DNA of 64,000 nucleotides from an uncultured Enterobacteriaceae bacterium (GTDB lineage Bacteria; Myxococcota_A; UBA9042): NCBI GenBank assembly GCA_964560875.1, contig CAZLMW010000005.1, positions 3,882 to 67,881 of the forward strand, read 5' to 3'. Shown piece by piece: positions 18,142 to 27,304 of this stretch (position 1 is its first letter; each line of letters starts with the position of its first letter). The notes under the pieces were generated by a model. It saw only the letters and a program-made list of their open reading frames with translations, ran no database searches and was not told where the DNA came from. The position numbers and the translations under genes were made by a program.

Positions 18142-20910
18142 CTACTTGTCGCGATACGCCAGCCGCAACAGGGCCGGCGTGAAGATCACATCGACCAACA
18201 GCGCGATTAGAGCCGTCAGCGCGATCAATCCACCAAAGCGCTGCAGGTGAAGCATGCTGCCGGTCACGAACACCGAGAAGCCGAGGCTCAGCACCAGCGA
18301 CGTGGCGACCATGGCGCGGCCTGCGTGCAAAACCGCGTGTTCGATGGCCGCCTCCGTGCCAGCGCCGGCGTCGCGGGCCTGCTTGAACTGGTGCAGGAAG
18401 TGGATCGTGTCGTCGACGGCGATGCCGATGGCGATGGACGCGAGCATCAGGTTGCCCATGTCGATCGGGACGTCGACCAGGCCCATCAGCCCCATGATGA
18501 ACACGATGGGCATCAGGTTGGGCACCATCGCGATGAGGCCGAGCTTGATATCGCGCAGCAACACCACCATGAACAGCGTGATGACGAGAAACGCCGCGCC
18601 GAAGCTGCGCAGCAGGTTGTCGATGAGCCCCGAGACGGTGTCACCCAGCGTGTAAATACTGCCGGTCACCCGCACATTGGCGTGTTTGGCGAGGTGCTTG
18701 TCGACGCCGGCCAGCACGTGTTTGGCGAGCGGCGGGTAGGCGTTGGCGTCCATCCACTTGACCCGCACGGTCATCTGCGTGGTTTTCAGGTCGGCGGTCG
18801 CGAGTCGGCGCAGGTCGTCCGGGCCGCTGTTTTCGAACATGAACACGACGTCGGATGCCGCCCGCTGGGTGTCCGGGATGCGGTAATGCGCCTGGTCGCC
18901 GCCGTGGAGCGCCTTGTTCGTTTCGCGCACCACGTCGAGCACGCTGACCGACTTGCCGATGACGTCGCCCATGCGCGGATCGCGGTAGGTCTTGATGTGC
19001 GCCTCGAGCGCTTCGAGGCCCTTGAGGAAGCCGAGATCCTTGAGGCCGCGTTCGGTCTTGGTGTCGATGAGCAGCTGCACCGTGGCCGTACCGCCGACTT
19101 CGCGGTCGACATCATCAAAAACGACGCGCAGCGGATTGTTCGTGGGCAGCCAGGCCAGCGGGTTGTGGGAGACGGCGAGCGTCGACATCCCGTACGCGCC
19201 GATGGCGATAAGCACTGCAGCCAAACCGGCGGTTCGGATCGAGCGTCCCGTTGTCATGCCGCCCGCACGCCGCGTCGCCATTCCGGTCAGCCGCCACAGG
19301 ACCCGATCGAGCCGGTCGCCGCCCTCGACTTCTTTGGCACCCATCAGGCTCAACTTGTTGAACGACAGCACGATGGGCAGGAAGACCACCGAGTGCAGCA
19401 GCGCCACGAACACGCCAAACGCCGCTGCGTTGCCCATCTGCGACAGCGTCGTGACCGTCGCGAAATTGAAGCTCAGAAGGCCCATCGCCGTCGTCAAGGT
19501 GGTGAACAGCAGCGGCACCCCCACGCTGGCGAGCGCGCGTTCGATCGCTTCGTTGTTCGGTGCGCCTTCACGCCGCAGGTCCCGGTACACGCTGACAAGG
19601 TGGATCGCGTCCCCGAGCCCGACCGCCATCAAGAACGCCGGCATGATGTTGGTGATGAGCGTCATGGGCATGCCGGTGGTCGCCATCATCCCGACCGTCC
19701 AAATCACCGACATCACGATGACAAGGATCGGGCCGACCACGCCGAGCGGGTGGCGGAAGATCGCGCCGAGCACGAACAGCATGACGAAGATCGCCGACCC
19801 GAAGAGCACCTTCATGTCGCGCTGCATCGACGACTTGAGCCACGCCGTGAGCGCCGGCGGCCCCGCGATGGCCAGCTTGAAGCCCGGGCCCTCATGCTTC
19901 TTGATGAGCTTGTTGAGCGCCTTGAAGACGACGTCGGACTCTTCCTCGGTCATCTGGACGGTGCGCACGACGAGCAGGGAATGCTGCGCGCGCGGGCCGA
20001 GCACCTGGCCGAGCACAGACGGCTCGGAGAGGGCGAACTTCTTCACCGCCGGAAGGTCAGCTTGGGTCGGGAACGGGTCGAGCAGGTCGCCTACCTTGAG
20101 GGTGTCGTTTTCGAACGTGACCTTGCGCACGTTGATGAGCGAGATGACCTGGTCGATGACCGCGCTGCCGCCTTGTCCGCCCCATTCATCGACGACGCCC
20201 GCGCCTTTGCCCGAGTTCCCAGCGCCTTTCCCGGCGGCTTTTGCAGCATCACCGCCGCCAGACCCCGATTCTCCGGCCTCTCCCGCGCCTGTCGCCGCTT
20301 TTTCCCCGGCGTCATCGGTCTCCGCGTCACCGAAGTCGCTCATGTCGCCGAACGGGTCGCTGTCGTCGGCTTCTCCCGTCGATTCCCCCGCTGCACTTGA
20401 TTCTGTCGCACTCGATTCTGTCGCGCTCGATTCTGTCGCGCTCGATTCGGTGGCGCTGGGAGACGGCGGAGCGGGTTCGGACGGACCGGGTGCCTTCGCG
20501 TCGCTCTTGGTCGCCTTGTCGGTCGCCTTGTCGATCGCCTTCATCTTGACGACTTTGACCGCCTTCGACAGGTCGACGTCGAGGTTTTCGGCGTCCCCGT
20601 GCAGCGCCTTGAGCTTTTCCAGGTACGGCAGGCTGAAGACGTCGCCCTCGGCCACGACCAGGAACACATCATCGCGCCCGAACGTGTCGCGGAACGCTTC
20701 GAGCGAGCGGCGCGCGTCGGAGTTGTCAGCGGTGAAGCTGTCGAGCGATGTCTGCAGCTGCAGCTTGGTGCGGGCCTGGTAGACCGCGGCGACCGTGATC
20801 AGGATCGTGGCGGCGAGCAGGGGGAATCGAAACCGCAGCACGGTTCGCGCCCATGAGGCGAAGAACGCGTTGCCTTCGAACCGCTCGTGGGACTGGGACG
20901 GGTCGGACAC
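18142..20910 (-). CDS. MMPL/RND-superfamily (SSD) membrane transporter with a low-complexity Ser/Glu-rich periplasmic insert
   Basis: Two 6-TM bundles separated by large loops, as expected for this family. Internal ATESSATESSATESS insert. GTG start at 20910. Confidence 0.7.
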   Translation of the reverse strand: MSDPSQSHERFEGNAFFASWARTVLRFRFPLLAATILITVAAVYQARTKLQLQTSLDSFTADNSDARRSLEAFRDTFGRDDVFLVVAEGDVFSLPYLEKLKALHGDAENLDVDLSKAVKVVKMKAIDKATDKATKSDAKAPGPSEPAPPSPSATESSATESSATESSATESSAAGESTGEADDSDPFGDMSDFGDAETDDAGEKAATGAGEAGESGSGGGDAAKAAGKGAGNSGKGAGVVDEWGGQGGSAVIDQVISLINVRKVTFENDTLKVGDLLDPFPTQADLPAVKKFALSEPSVLGQVLGPRAQHSLLVVRTVQMTEEESDVVFKALNKLIKKHEGPGFKLAIAGPPALTAWLKSSMQRDMKVLFGSAIFVMLFVLGAIFRHPLGVVGPILVIVMSVIWTVGMMATTGMPMTLITNIMPAFLMAVGLGDAIHLVSVYRDLRREGAPNNEAIERALASVGVPLLFTTLTTAMGLLSFNFATVTTLSQMGNAAAFGVFVALLHSVVFLPIVLSFNKLSLMGAKEVEGGDRLDRVLWRLTGMATRRAGGMTTGRSIRTAGLAAVLIAIGAYGMSTLAVSHNPLAWLPTNNPLRVVFDDVDREVGGTATVQLLIDTKTERGLKDLGFLKGLEALEAHIKTYRDPRMGDVIGKSVSVLDVVRETNKALHGGDQAHYRIPDTQRAASDVVFMFENSGPDDLRRLATADLKTTQMTVRVKWMDANAYPPLAKHVLAGVDKHLAKHANVRVTGSIYTLGDTVSGLIDNLLRSFGAAFLVITLFMVVLLRDIKLGLIAMVPNLMPIVFIMGLMGLVDVPIDMGNLMLASIAIGIAVDDTIHFLHQFKQARDAGAGTEAAIEHAVLHAGRAMVATSLVLSLGFSVFVTGSMLHLQRFGGLIALTALIALLVDVIFTPALLRLAYRDK

Positions 20911-20932
20911 GGCCGCATCGTTGCCGGATGCA

Positions 20933-21046
20933 GACAGCGCGTCAATCCGGACAGCGCGTCAATTCGGACAGCGCGTCAATGCGTCAAGTCTTGTGCCCCT
21001 GACAGCTACTTGCCCCTGACAGCTACTTGCCCCTGACAGCTACTTG
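20933..21046. promoter_or_regulatory. Two sets of 17-bp direct repeats, each x3 (GACAGCGCGTCAAT-type and CCCCTGACAGCTACTTG-type), upstream of the MMPL gene
   Basis: Perfect or near-perfect tandem units at 20933-20980 and 20996-21046. Both share a GACAGC core. Confidence 0.6.
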
Positions 21047-21055
21047 CCAGCGCAG

Positions 21056-21941
21056 CTACTTACCGCCGTCCTTCTTGTCGTCGCCCTTCTTGTCATCGGG
21101 GAAGCACTTGCTCTTGCAGGTCGCCTTGTCGGTGCCCTTCTTGACGCATTCGTTGTAGCAGGCCTCACCGCCGGGGTCCTTGGTGCCGTACCCGCCGGCC
21201 TTTTCGCACTCCTTCTTGCAGCCCTCGTCGCTGCCGCCCTTCTTCTTGCACGCATCGAAGCAGGCCTTGCCCTTGTCCCCACCGGCGCCGCTCTTGGTGC
21301 AGGCCTTGGTGCAGGTCTCCTTGGTCTGGCCGTCCTTCTTCATGCAGCCGTCGTAGCAGGTCTTGTCGAGCGTGCTGCCCTTGCTCAGGTCCTTGTAGCA
21401 CCCCGCGCAATCCTTGGCCGATTTGCCGGCCTTGAGGCATGCGGCGTTGCAGTCGCAGCCTTTCTTGCACGACTCCTTCGTGTAGCCCTTCTTGACGCAA
21501 CCGTCGTAGCACGCCCCATCGCCTTTGCCGCCGTCGGTCTTGGTGCACGCCTTCTGGCAGGTCGCGTCGTCGGCGCCCTTCTTCTTGCACGCCTCGTAGC
21601 AGGTCTTGTCGAGCGTGCCGCCCTTGTCGCCGCCCTTGTCGCAGTATTGGTTGCAGGTCGCGTCGTCGACGCCCTTGGCCTTGCACGCGTCCCAGCACTT
21701 GTCGTCGACGTCCTTGCCTTTGCCGCTCTTGGACGTCGCAGAGTCGCCGGCTGAGCCGCTGTCGTCCGCCCCCCGCGTCGACGGCCCAAAAGCCTTCGCC
21801 TGCGTCGTTTTCGTTGGTGTTGGTGGCCGCACTCTTGGACTCACCTTCGCAGCCAACGGCGAACACGCCGACAGCGATTGCAAGCCAGCCCGAAAGGAAT
21901 TTGCACGTCGTCATCTTCATTGCTCGCGTCATCATGTTCAT
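21056..21941 (-). CDS. Lys/Cys-rich twin-CX3C repeat lipoprotein (paralog 1), apparently frameshifted in a G6/C6 run
   Basis: The signal peptide MKMTTCKFLSGWLAIAVGVFAVGCEG (frame B, start 21920-21941) and the mature repeats CWDACKAKGVDDATCNQYC etc. (frame A, from 21883) are in different frames. They join if the C6 run at 21771-21776 is read as C5. Confidence 0.6.
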
Positions 21942-22132
21942 TGCTCTCTGCGCTAGCAGACTGCGCCAAAGCTCCGCCTCGGCGCAGGTGCTCGTTGTTT
22001 GCAAGGGGGCTGAAACAGCCCCCTCGACCGAAAAAAGTGTCATTTTTCCGGCCTCACCCCAAATTCGCGCTCCGCGCGGCAGACTGCATTTACGATCCTC
22101 ACGATAACCGACACGATTTACGGCGCAGTCTG

Positions 22133-23566
22133 CTAGGCCGCGGTAAGGCCCGGGATCGGGCCGCGGAGGTTGACCTTGTCGCCCCGTTGGCCCTGGGTGT
22201 GGGTCAGGCCGATGTGGTCGTTCTTCAGCCCCATCGCTTGGGCGGTGCTGACAAGCAGGTGTTGGTGCGGCAGTCCGGAGGTCTTGCTCCAACCGGTGGC
22301 CGAAACCTGCTTGGGGACGAGCATCTCGATCGGCGTCTCGTGCGGCCGGTGCAGGTAGCGCCCGACTTTGAAGTGCCACGAGCCGCCGATAATCATCGGG
22401 CAGTACTCGCGGTATCCGTGCCAGCCGTTGGCGAGCTCCGAGCCCCAGACGATGAGGGTGTTGTCCATCACGGACTTGCCGTTGCCGTCGGGGATCGACT
22501 CGAGCTTCTTGACGAGCCGCGCCACCTGTTCGCCGTGGCGGGCGATGTAGTCGGTCATCGCGTCGTGTTTGAGCACGCTGTCGAAGATGCCGTGCGCCAG
22601 GCCCTTGTGCACGTTGTCGGTGTAGTGGTCCCAGCCGAAGTCGGACGTGCGCATCTCGCCGAGTGAAAGCGTCGCCACCCGGCTGACATCGCACGCAAAC
22701 GACGCCGCGATGAGGTCGACCATGGCGTCGAAGCGGGAGTCGAATGTGCTGTCGTGTTTGGGTTGACCGGCCGCGTTGGCGCACGTGAGGTTGGCGAGGC
22801 CTTCCATGCGCTTGCTGAGCGCGTCGATCAGCCCGTAGTGGTTGTCGAGGCGTTCGCGGTGGGCCTTCTCCATGCCGGCCGACAGGGCCTTGAACTCGCC
22901 GTACGCGAAATCGAGCACGCGTCGTTGTCTTTTGCCGAGCGGGCTGGGCTTCTGCGACGGCCCGAAGATGCGCTGCCAAGCCCGGACGGGGTCGCTTTCA
23001 AGCGGGATCTGTTTGCCGTTTTCGGCGTAGCAGACGGGGCGGCCGGGTTCGTAGCTCTGCACGCCATCGACGGCGAGTTCGAGCGATGGGAGCTGGTCGG
23101 CGCGCGCGATGGCGCTGGCGACGATTTGGTCGAGCGACGGCGAACGAGCGCGGGCCGGGGAAGTCGAGAAGTCGACCCAGTTGCCGGTCCAGCACTGCAC
23201 GAAACCGGTGTCGTGCCGGTTGCCGTCCATGTCGAGCTCAGCCGTCGCGAGGGACATCCCGTCGATGGGCAAAAGCCGCGAGCGGACGTCATAGAGCGGC
23301 TTGAGCGGCGCGCTCCATTGGTCTTTGGCGAGCTTTGTGAGGTCGACTTCCCAGGGCTTCGTGTCGTCTTTGCCGGGCGTTTTGAGGCGCCAACTTTCGC
23401 GCGGCCAGCCGTGGCAGTGGGAGATGATGAGCAGCCGTCGGATCGGTTTGCCCGTGCTGTCGGCGAAAGCCAGCCCGGAGGTTGCCAGTCCAGATGCTGC
23501 GAGGCCTGCCCCCGCGCCGGACAGGCCGAGGAGCTGCAGAAAACGGCGTCGGTCGAGAGTCATCAT
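22133..23566 (-). CDS. Tat-signal DUF1552-like protein
   Basis: RRRFLQLLGLSGAGAG twin-arginine signal. About 475 aa. The start overlaps the stop of the upstream DUF1592-like gene by 4 nt (ATGA), the pairing I remember for DUF1552/DUF1592. Confidence 0.55.
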   Translation of the reverse strand: MMTLDRRRFLQLLGLSGAGAGLAASGLATSGLAFADSTGKPIRRLLIISHCHGWPRESWRLKTPGKDDTKPWEVDLTKLAKDQWSAPLKPLYDVRSRLLPIDGMSLATAELDMDGNRHDTGFVQCWTGNWVDFSTSPARARSPSLDQIVASAIARADQLPSLELAVDGVQSYEPGRPVCYAENGKQIPLESDPVRAWQRIFGPSQKPSPLGKRQRRVLDFAYGEFKALSAGMEKAHRERLDNHYGLIDALSKRMEGLANLTCANAAGQPKHDSTFDSRFDAMVDLIAASFACDVSRVATLSLGEMRTSDFGWDHYTDNVHKGLAHGIFDSVLKHDAMTDYIARHGEQVARLVKKLESIPDGNGKSVMDNTLIVWGSELANGWHGYREYCPMIIGGSWHFKVGRYLHRPHETPIEMLVPKQVSATGWSKTSGLPHQHLLVSTAQAMGLKNDHIGLTHTQGQRGDKVNLRGPIPGLTAA

Positions 23567-25476
23567 TTGCCTCCCGCGCGGCGGAATCGGAACAGGTCGC
23601 TCGCGGTGATGGCGACGAGCAGCTTCTTGATGTCGGAGTCCGCCCGGAAGTCCGCCTGCAGGCGCGTCAACTCGCTGTGGTCTTTGCCGACCTCGACCCC
23701 GGTTGCATAGCGCACCCAGCGCGTGGCGTAGCAGTCGTGGACCGTGCTGCTTGTCGACAGCTTCTTGGCCAGCTCGACCGCGTTCTTGAAGGCGATTTTG
23801 CCTTCGCCCGGGATCTCCATCTCGTCGGCCGCGTTGACCGTTTCGCCGTTGTCCTTGGCCCGGAAGCGCCCGAATGAGTCGTAGTTTTCAAACGCGAATC
23901 CCGGCGGGTTGATCTGGCTGTGACAGCCGGCGCATCCGGCGGTCTTGGTCGACTCTTCGGTGCGTGCGCGGTTGGTTTTCGGGGCTGTCGAGCTGTCCGA
24001 TGGCGCGCCCGCTTCGGCGGTGGGCGGCGGGGTGCCGAGCTCGCGACACATCAGCCGGTCGAGGATGCGAACTCCGCGCAGGATTGGCGACGGATGTACC
24101 GGGTGGGCGCCGATCGCGAGCACCGACCCGAGCGTCAGGATTCCCGCGCGCTCTCCGGCCGGGTACGTGGTCTTGTAGAGGTTGAGGGTGAGCTTCTGGT
24201 AGACGGCTGCGACGCCTCCAAACGCGACCGGGTAGCTGTTGGCCGCGGAGGTGTCGACCTTCTTGGGATCGAGCGTGCAGCTGCCCTTGCCGGGTCCGGC
24301 GCCGGGGTATTGGATGCCGGTGCAGTTGCCGACGCCGTAGATTGGCCCTGTCTTTTCGCTCACCCAGCCGGTGCGGTCGGTCAGCATCCCGGCCAGCGTG
24401 CCGGGGCCATCGAAGACGACGTGTGCGTAGAAGAGGTCGGCTTCGTTCTTCAGGCTGTGGCGCACGGGATTGAGCACGGAAGGCCACGCTGCATCGCCGG
24501 TCGTGTCCAGCGGCGGCGTTGGCTGCAGGCCGTACATCGTCGCGTATTGGCGGCGCGCGGGCGACATGCCGAGCACGGCATCGGTCCCCAACCATTGGTT
24601 ATGGAAACGAACGACGCTGGCCCGGGCGCGCTTGTCCTTGAGCATCCTTTCGGCTTGGGCCTGGACCTGGTCTTGGGTGCGCAGCGCATCGGTTGCCGCC
24701 GCCTGGAAGAGCACCGGGTCGGGCATCGAGTCCCACAGGAAGTAGGACAGGCGCGACGCCATCTCCCAACCCGTGAGCGGCCGGACGCTGTCGATTTCGT
24801 CGCCGGTTTCGCCAGTTTCGGCCCGGTACAGCAACGCCGGGGCCTGCAGCACGCCCGCGATGGTCAACACGATCGCCTCGTTGGCGCTCGAGTCAGCCCA
24901 GTTGGCGTCGAAAAAAGCCGTCAGCCGCGTGCCCTCATCGCCCGAGATGGGCCGCCGATACGCGCGCTGGGCGAACCGGAGCACGCTCTTGCTCGCGCAG
25001 TCTTTCTGCTTGTCCTTGGCGAGTGTGCGCCAGGCCTTGGCGTCGCACGTAAAGAAGATCGGCGAGACCAGCGTGTAGGCCGCGTAAGTCAGCGCCGCTT
25101 TCTGCAGCTGCTCGATGCGATACGGCGAGGTCGCCTGTCCCTTGGCCATGCCCTCGAAGCCGTCGATGCCAGCCTCTGGAGACAGCGGCCACGGCCAGGG
25201 CGGAACATCGGGAGCTTTGGCGCCGAACGTGCCTTCCCCCGTGCTGCGGGAGGGGACGAGCGCCTCGACATCCGCCGGGAGACTCGGCCAGGACGAGCCG
25301 TCGCTGGGCAGCCCCAGGAGGTCGCGGACGGTGTTGTTGTATTCGCCGGGGGTCAACGCGACCAGGGGCGAGTCGACCTCGACGGCCTTGGCGGCCACCG
25401 GCGGATCCTCGCTGCAACCAACGAGCGCAGATCCGATGACCGCTGCGGCGGTGAACGCAGCGACGAGCGGCTTCAT
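23563..25476 (-). CDS. DUF1592/DUF1588/DUF1585/DUF1587-like lipoprotein with a CxxCH motif
   Basis: Lipobox LVGCSE. Motifs YFLWDSMPD, HPVHPSPILRGVRILDRLMCRELGTPPP and CAGCHSQINPPGFAFENYD (CxxCH), recalled as signatures of this multi-DUF family. Confidence 0.55.
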   Translation of the reverse strand: MKPLVAAFTAAAVIGSALVGCSEDPPVAAKAVEVDSPLVALTPGEYNNTVRDLLGLPSDGSSWPSLPADVEALVPSRSTGEGTFGAKAPDVPPWPWPLSPEAGIDGFEGMAKGQATSPYRIEQLQKAALTYAAYTLVSPIFFTCDAKAWRTLAKDKQKDCASKSVLRFAQRAYRRPISGDEGTRLTAFFDANWADSSANEAIVLTIAGVLQAPALLYRAETGETGDEIDSVRPLTGWEMASRLSYFLWDSMPDPVLFQAAATDALRTQDQVQAQAERMLKDKRARASVVRFHNQWLGTDAVLGMSPARRQYATMYGLQPTPPLDTTGDAAWPSVLNPVRHSLKNEADLFYAHVVFDGPGTLAGMLTDRTGWVSEKTGPIYGVGNCTGIQYPGAGPGKGSCTLDPKKVDTSAANSYPVAFGGVAAVYQKLTLNLYKTTYPAGERAGILTLGSVLAIGAHPVHPSPILRGVRILDRLMCRELGTPPPTAEAGAPSDSSTAPKTNRARTEESTKTAGCAGCHSQINPPGFAFENYDSFGRFRAKDNGETVNAADEMEIPGEGKIAFKNAVELAKKLSTSSTVHDCYATRWVRYATGVEVGKDHSELTRLQADFRADSDIKKLLVAITASDLFRFRRAGGK

Positions 25477-25533
25477 TGTGAGCTCCAGTCGGCCAGGGAC
25501 AGCAGCCGGCTTGGGACGAACCTCTATCCCCGG

Positions 25534-26451
25534 CTATTTACCGTAGCACTTCGGCTTGCACTGTTCGGGTTTTGCGCCCGCCGCAACACATTTCTTGTAA
25601 CACTCGGCCTGCGCCTGCCCGTACTTGCTCGACGCGTAGCACTTCGGTTTGCAGTAGTCGGGCTTGTAGCCAGCGGCGAGGCAGCCCTTGTAGCAGAACT
25701 GCTCGGAAGTCGGCGCTTTCTTGGCGTCAGAGCCGGCCTTGGGATCCTTCTTGGGCGGCTGCGACTTGCCGGCATCGGGTTTCTTCTCGGCGAAGCAGTA
25801 CTTCTTGCAGGCGGCTTCGCCCTTCTTGGCGGCGACGCACTTCTTGTAACAGCCCCACTGCTCGGCCTTGGGGTCCTTCTTGGAGTCCGACTTCTTGTCG
25901 GCGAAGCAGTGCTTCTTGCAAGCCGCTTCGCCTTTCTTGGCCGCAACACATTTCTTGTAGCAGCCCCAGGCCTCGTGATCTTCGTCGTCCTTCTTGTCGC
26001 CCCAGCCGTGGCCTTTGTCGCCGTGATCTTTGCCCTTGTCGCCCCAGCCCTTATCGCCCCGGTCTTTGTCGCCGCCGTGGTCCTTACCTTTGTCGCCCCA
26101 GCCTTTGCTGGACTTGCCGCCCTTGTCGTCGGCGCCGCCGCATTTTTCTTTGCAGACCTCGGGCTTGTAGCCAGCGTTGACGCACCCGTCGAAGCACATC
26201 GCCTCGTTGGACGGCATCTTCGCCGGGCCCTTGGCGCATTTCTGTTTGCACACCGCAGGCAGGCCGCCCACGTCGACGCACACGTCGTAGCAACTGGCAG
26301 CTTCGTTTGCCTCGGACGCGGCGCTGCTGGCCTCACCGGAGTTATCCTTGCCTTCGCTGAGCTCGGTCGTGGCTTCGCAGCCGAGCGCCAGGAGGGCGAC
26401 GGCGAACAGGGTCGCAAGTGCGCGGGAAGAGAGGGCGTGTCTGCTGAACAT
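25534..26451 (-). CDS. Lys/Cys-rich twin-CX3C repeat lipoprotein (paralog 2) with a GWGDKGKDHG Gly/Asp/His-rich tract
   Basis: Signal peptide ..LLALGCE. Repeats CYKKCVAAKKGEAACKK[HY]CFA (C-x3-C-x8-C-x3-C). Confidence 0.7.
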   Translation of the reverse strand: MFSRHALSSRALATLFAVALLALGCEATTELSEGKDNSGEASSAASEANEAASCYDVCVDVGGLPAVCKQKCAKGPAKMPSNEAMCFDGCVNAGYKPEVCKEKCGGADDKGGKSSKGWGDKGKDHGGDKDRGDKGWGDKGKDHGDKGHGWGDKKDDEDHEAWGCYKKCVAAKKGEAACKKHCFADKKSDSKKDPKAEQWGCYKKCVAAKKGEAACKKYCFAEKKPDAGKSQPPKKDPKAGSDAKKAPTSEQFCYKGCLAAGYKPDYCKPKCYASSKYGQAQAECYKKCVAAGAKPEQCKPKCYGK

Positions 26452-26656
26452 GGTTGTCTCCTATGGCCGATTTGGCCTGTGGGCTATCCCTCAAGTGACC
26501 GCAGCCCGGTTTCGCGGCTCAACTTTCTTCGGCGACGTGCCGCGCACGTTCTTCGGCGCGTTCAAAACATCATGAGCCGCTTTTGCCGTGCGCCTACACT
26601 TGTAGGTGTGAGGGCGACTGTTTTGCCCGCCGGATCGCCCCAGGATCGCCGAGCTC

Positions 26657-27304
26657 ATGGCTGACCACGCCCACGACCTGAAGGACCTCCGACCGCGGCC
26701 GGTGACGTCCCGTGCGCGCTTTCTTGGCGACGATGCGGCGCTTACGCGGGCGCTTCAGAACGGGCATCCGGGCGCGCCGGCTGAGCTTTTCGATCGCTAT
26801 GGCGGCCACATCCAACGCGTGCTGGTCAACGTCATCGGCGTCGACCAGGAGATTGCGGATCTGCTGCACGAGACCTTTGCCCAGGCGTTCAAGAGCATCG
26901 CCTCGCTCAAACAGGGCGACCGGCTCAAGGCGTGGTTGACCCGGATCGCGGTGTTCACAGCGCGGGGTTGTTTGCGACGACGAACGCGCGGCCGATGGCT
27001 CCGGTTCTTTGCGCCCGAGCAGCTCCCCGAGACGCGCTGCAACGATGCAACCCCGGAGATGCGCGAGGCCGTCGCGGCCACGTATGCGGTGCTGGACAAG
27101 ATGTCGGTCGACCTGCGCGTGCCGTTCGCGCTGCGCTACATGGAAGGGCTGGACCTCAAAGAGGTCGCTTCGGCGTGCGAGGTCTCGCTGGCGACGATAA
27201 AACGCCGGCTGGCGAAGGCGGACGCGCGCTTTGTGTCGCTTGCGTCGCGCGAACCGGCGCTCGGCGACTGGCTGCGGGAGGGGTCGCGATGGACCGCCCG
27301 ATGA
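26657..27304 (+). CDS. ECF-family RNA polymerase sigma factor
   Basis: Region 2 (ELFDRYGGHIQRVLVNVIG..DLLHETFAQAF) and region 4 HTH (LRYMEGLDLKEVASACEVSLATIKRRLAKA). Confidence 0.8.
   Translation: MADHAHDLKDLRPRPVTSRARFLGDDAALTRALQNGHPGAPAELFDRYGGHIQRVLVNVIGVDQEIADLLHETFAQAFKSIASLKQGDRLKAWLTRIAVFTARGCLRRRTRGRWLRFFAPEQLPETRCNDATPEMREAVAATYAVLDKMSVDLRVPFALRYMEGLDLKEVASACEVSLATIKRRLAKADARFVSLASREPALGDWLREGSRWTAR

Noticed and set aside
18247-20782. 717-aa and 596-aa plus-strand ORFs antisense to the MMPL transporter
   Set aside because: His/Arg/Asp/Ser-rich nonsense-like sequence. The MMPL frame on the minus strand shows a coherent TM topology.
20931-21046. Possible mini-CRISPR array
   Set aside because: Units are 17 bp with 0-3 bp between them and there are no unique spacers. 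Two different units are each repeated 3 times. This looks like tandem binding sites, not a repeat-spacer array.
21165-22979. 604-aa minus-strand ORF
   Set aside because: Only the short stretch encoding the lipoprotein signal peptide (around 21800-21941) looks real. The rest is Arg/Gln-rich antisense of the DUF1552-like gene.
23920-26664. 914-aa plus-strand ORF
   Set aside because: Antisense to the DUF1592-like and twin-CX3C lipoprotein genes. Ala/Gly/Arg/Val low complexity.
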